A stretch of DNA of 64,000 nucleotides from Pseudomonadales bacterium (GTDB lineage Bacteria > Pseudomonadota > Gammaproteobacteria > Pseudomonadales > Azotimanducaceae): positions 34,636 through 98,635 of the forward strand of contig JAWLGU010000004.1 in NCBI GenBank assembly GCA_041690675.1, written 5' to 3'. The notes under the pieces were generated by a model. It searched no databases. It was not told the origin of the DNA and was given only the letters and a program-made list of their open reading frames with translations. Below are positions 63,961 through 64,000 of the stretch, in pieces (positions within the stretch are counted from its first letter, which is position 1; each line of letters opens with the position of its first letter). The translations under genes and the position numbers were made by a program.

Positions 63961-63970
63961 ACCGCCGCCG
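63943..63970. repeat. 28-bp direct repeat, copy A (GGCGGAGAGGGAGGGATTACCGCCGCCG)
   Basis: 25 of 28 positions are identical to copy B at 60367-60394. It overlaps the tRNA-end relic and the right arm of the long hairpin. Confidence 0.75.
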
Positions 63971-64000
63971 CTGCGCGGCGACGTTCTCTCCGGCGACTGC

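Noticed and set aside
63942-64000. A possible intact minus-strand tRNA gene at the right window edge, suggested by the TGGCGGAGAGGGAGGGATT signature.
   Set aside because: Only the last 19 nt fit tRNA architecture. The sequence where the T-loop and 5' T-stem should be (CGGCGGCGGT...) cannot pair with CCCTC and lacks TTCGA. A complementary CTCTCC lies only about 45 nt away, which is too short for a tRNA. I kept it as a relic rather than a gene.

Overview
This is a very GC-rich bacterial chromosome segment (GC not computed). Gene content and order are typical of Gammaproteobacteria, with Pseudomonas/Xanthomonas/Ectothiorhodospiraceae-like synteny. About 85% of the window is textbook core genome.

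Core layout:
- Minus strand, 0.2-13.3 kb: map-glnD-dapC-dapD-dapE-gspN-gspC-gspD-plsB.
- Plus strand, 13.5-40.1 kb: rpsB-tsf-pyrH-frr-uppS-cdsA-rseP-bamA-skp-lpxD-fabZ-lpxA-lpxB-rnhB-dnaE-tilS-pyrG-kdsA-eno-ftsB-truD-pcm-DUF368-nlpD-rpoS.
- Minus strand, 40.1-43.2 kb: mutS-fdxA.
- Plus strand, 50.1-55.6 kb: recA-recX-alaS-lysC.

Two accessory blocks stand out.
1. 43.3-50.0 kb holds a periplasmic copper/haem operon: a NirK-like protein, a dihaem cytochrome c, a monohaem cytochrome c and a two-domain multicopper oxidase. It is transcribed divergently from a NorR-type sigma-54 activator, and the shared intergenic region contains a plausible -24/-12 promoter. An orphan sdhB, an SMR pump and mtfA follow.
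2. 55.65-64.0 kb lies downstream of lysC, where csrA and tRNA-Ser are usually found. It instead holds a PAS-like/LuxR-HTH regulator fused to a catalytically degenerate alpha/beta-hydrolase fold, a 676-aa acidic lipoprotein of unknown function, a PEP-CTERM protein, a PNPOx-like protein, a photolyase and a hydrolase. Two 28-bp direct repeats in this block look like relics of a tRNA 3' end.

I saw no CRISPR array, rRNA gene, intact tRNA gene, transposase or integrase. Every assignment is by-eye motif and homology recognition from the supplied ORF translations, and no searches were run. Start codons are often uncertain because the GC-rich sequence produces long run-on and antisense ORFs.
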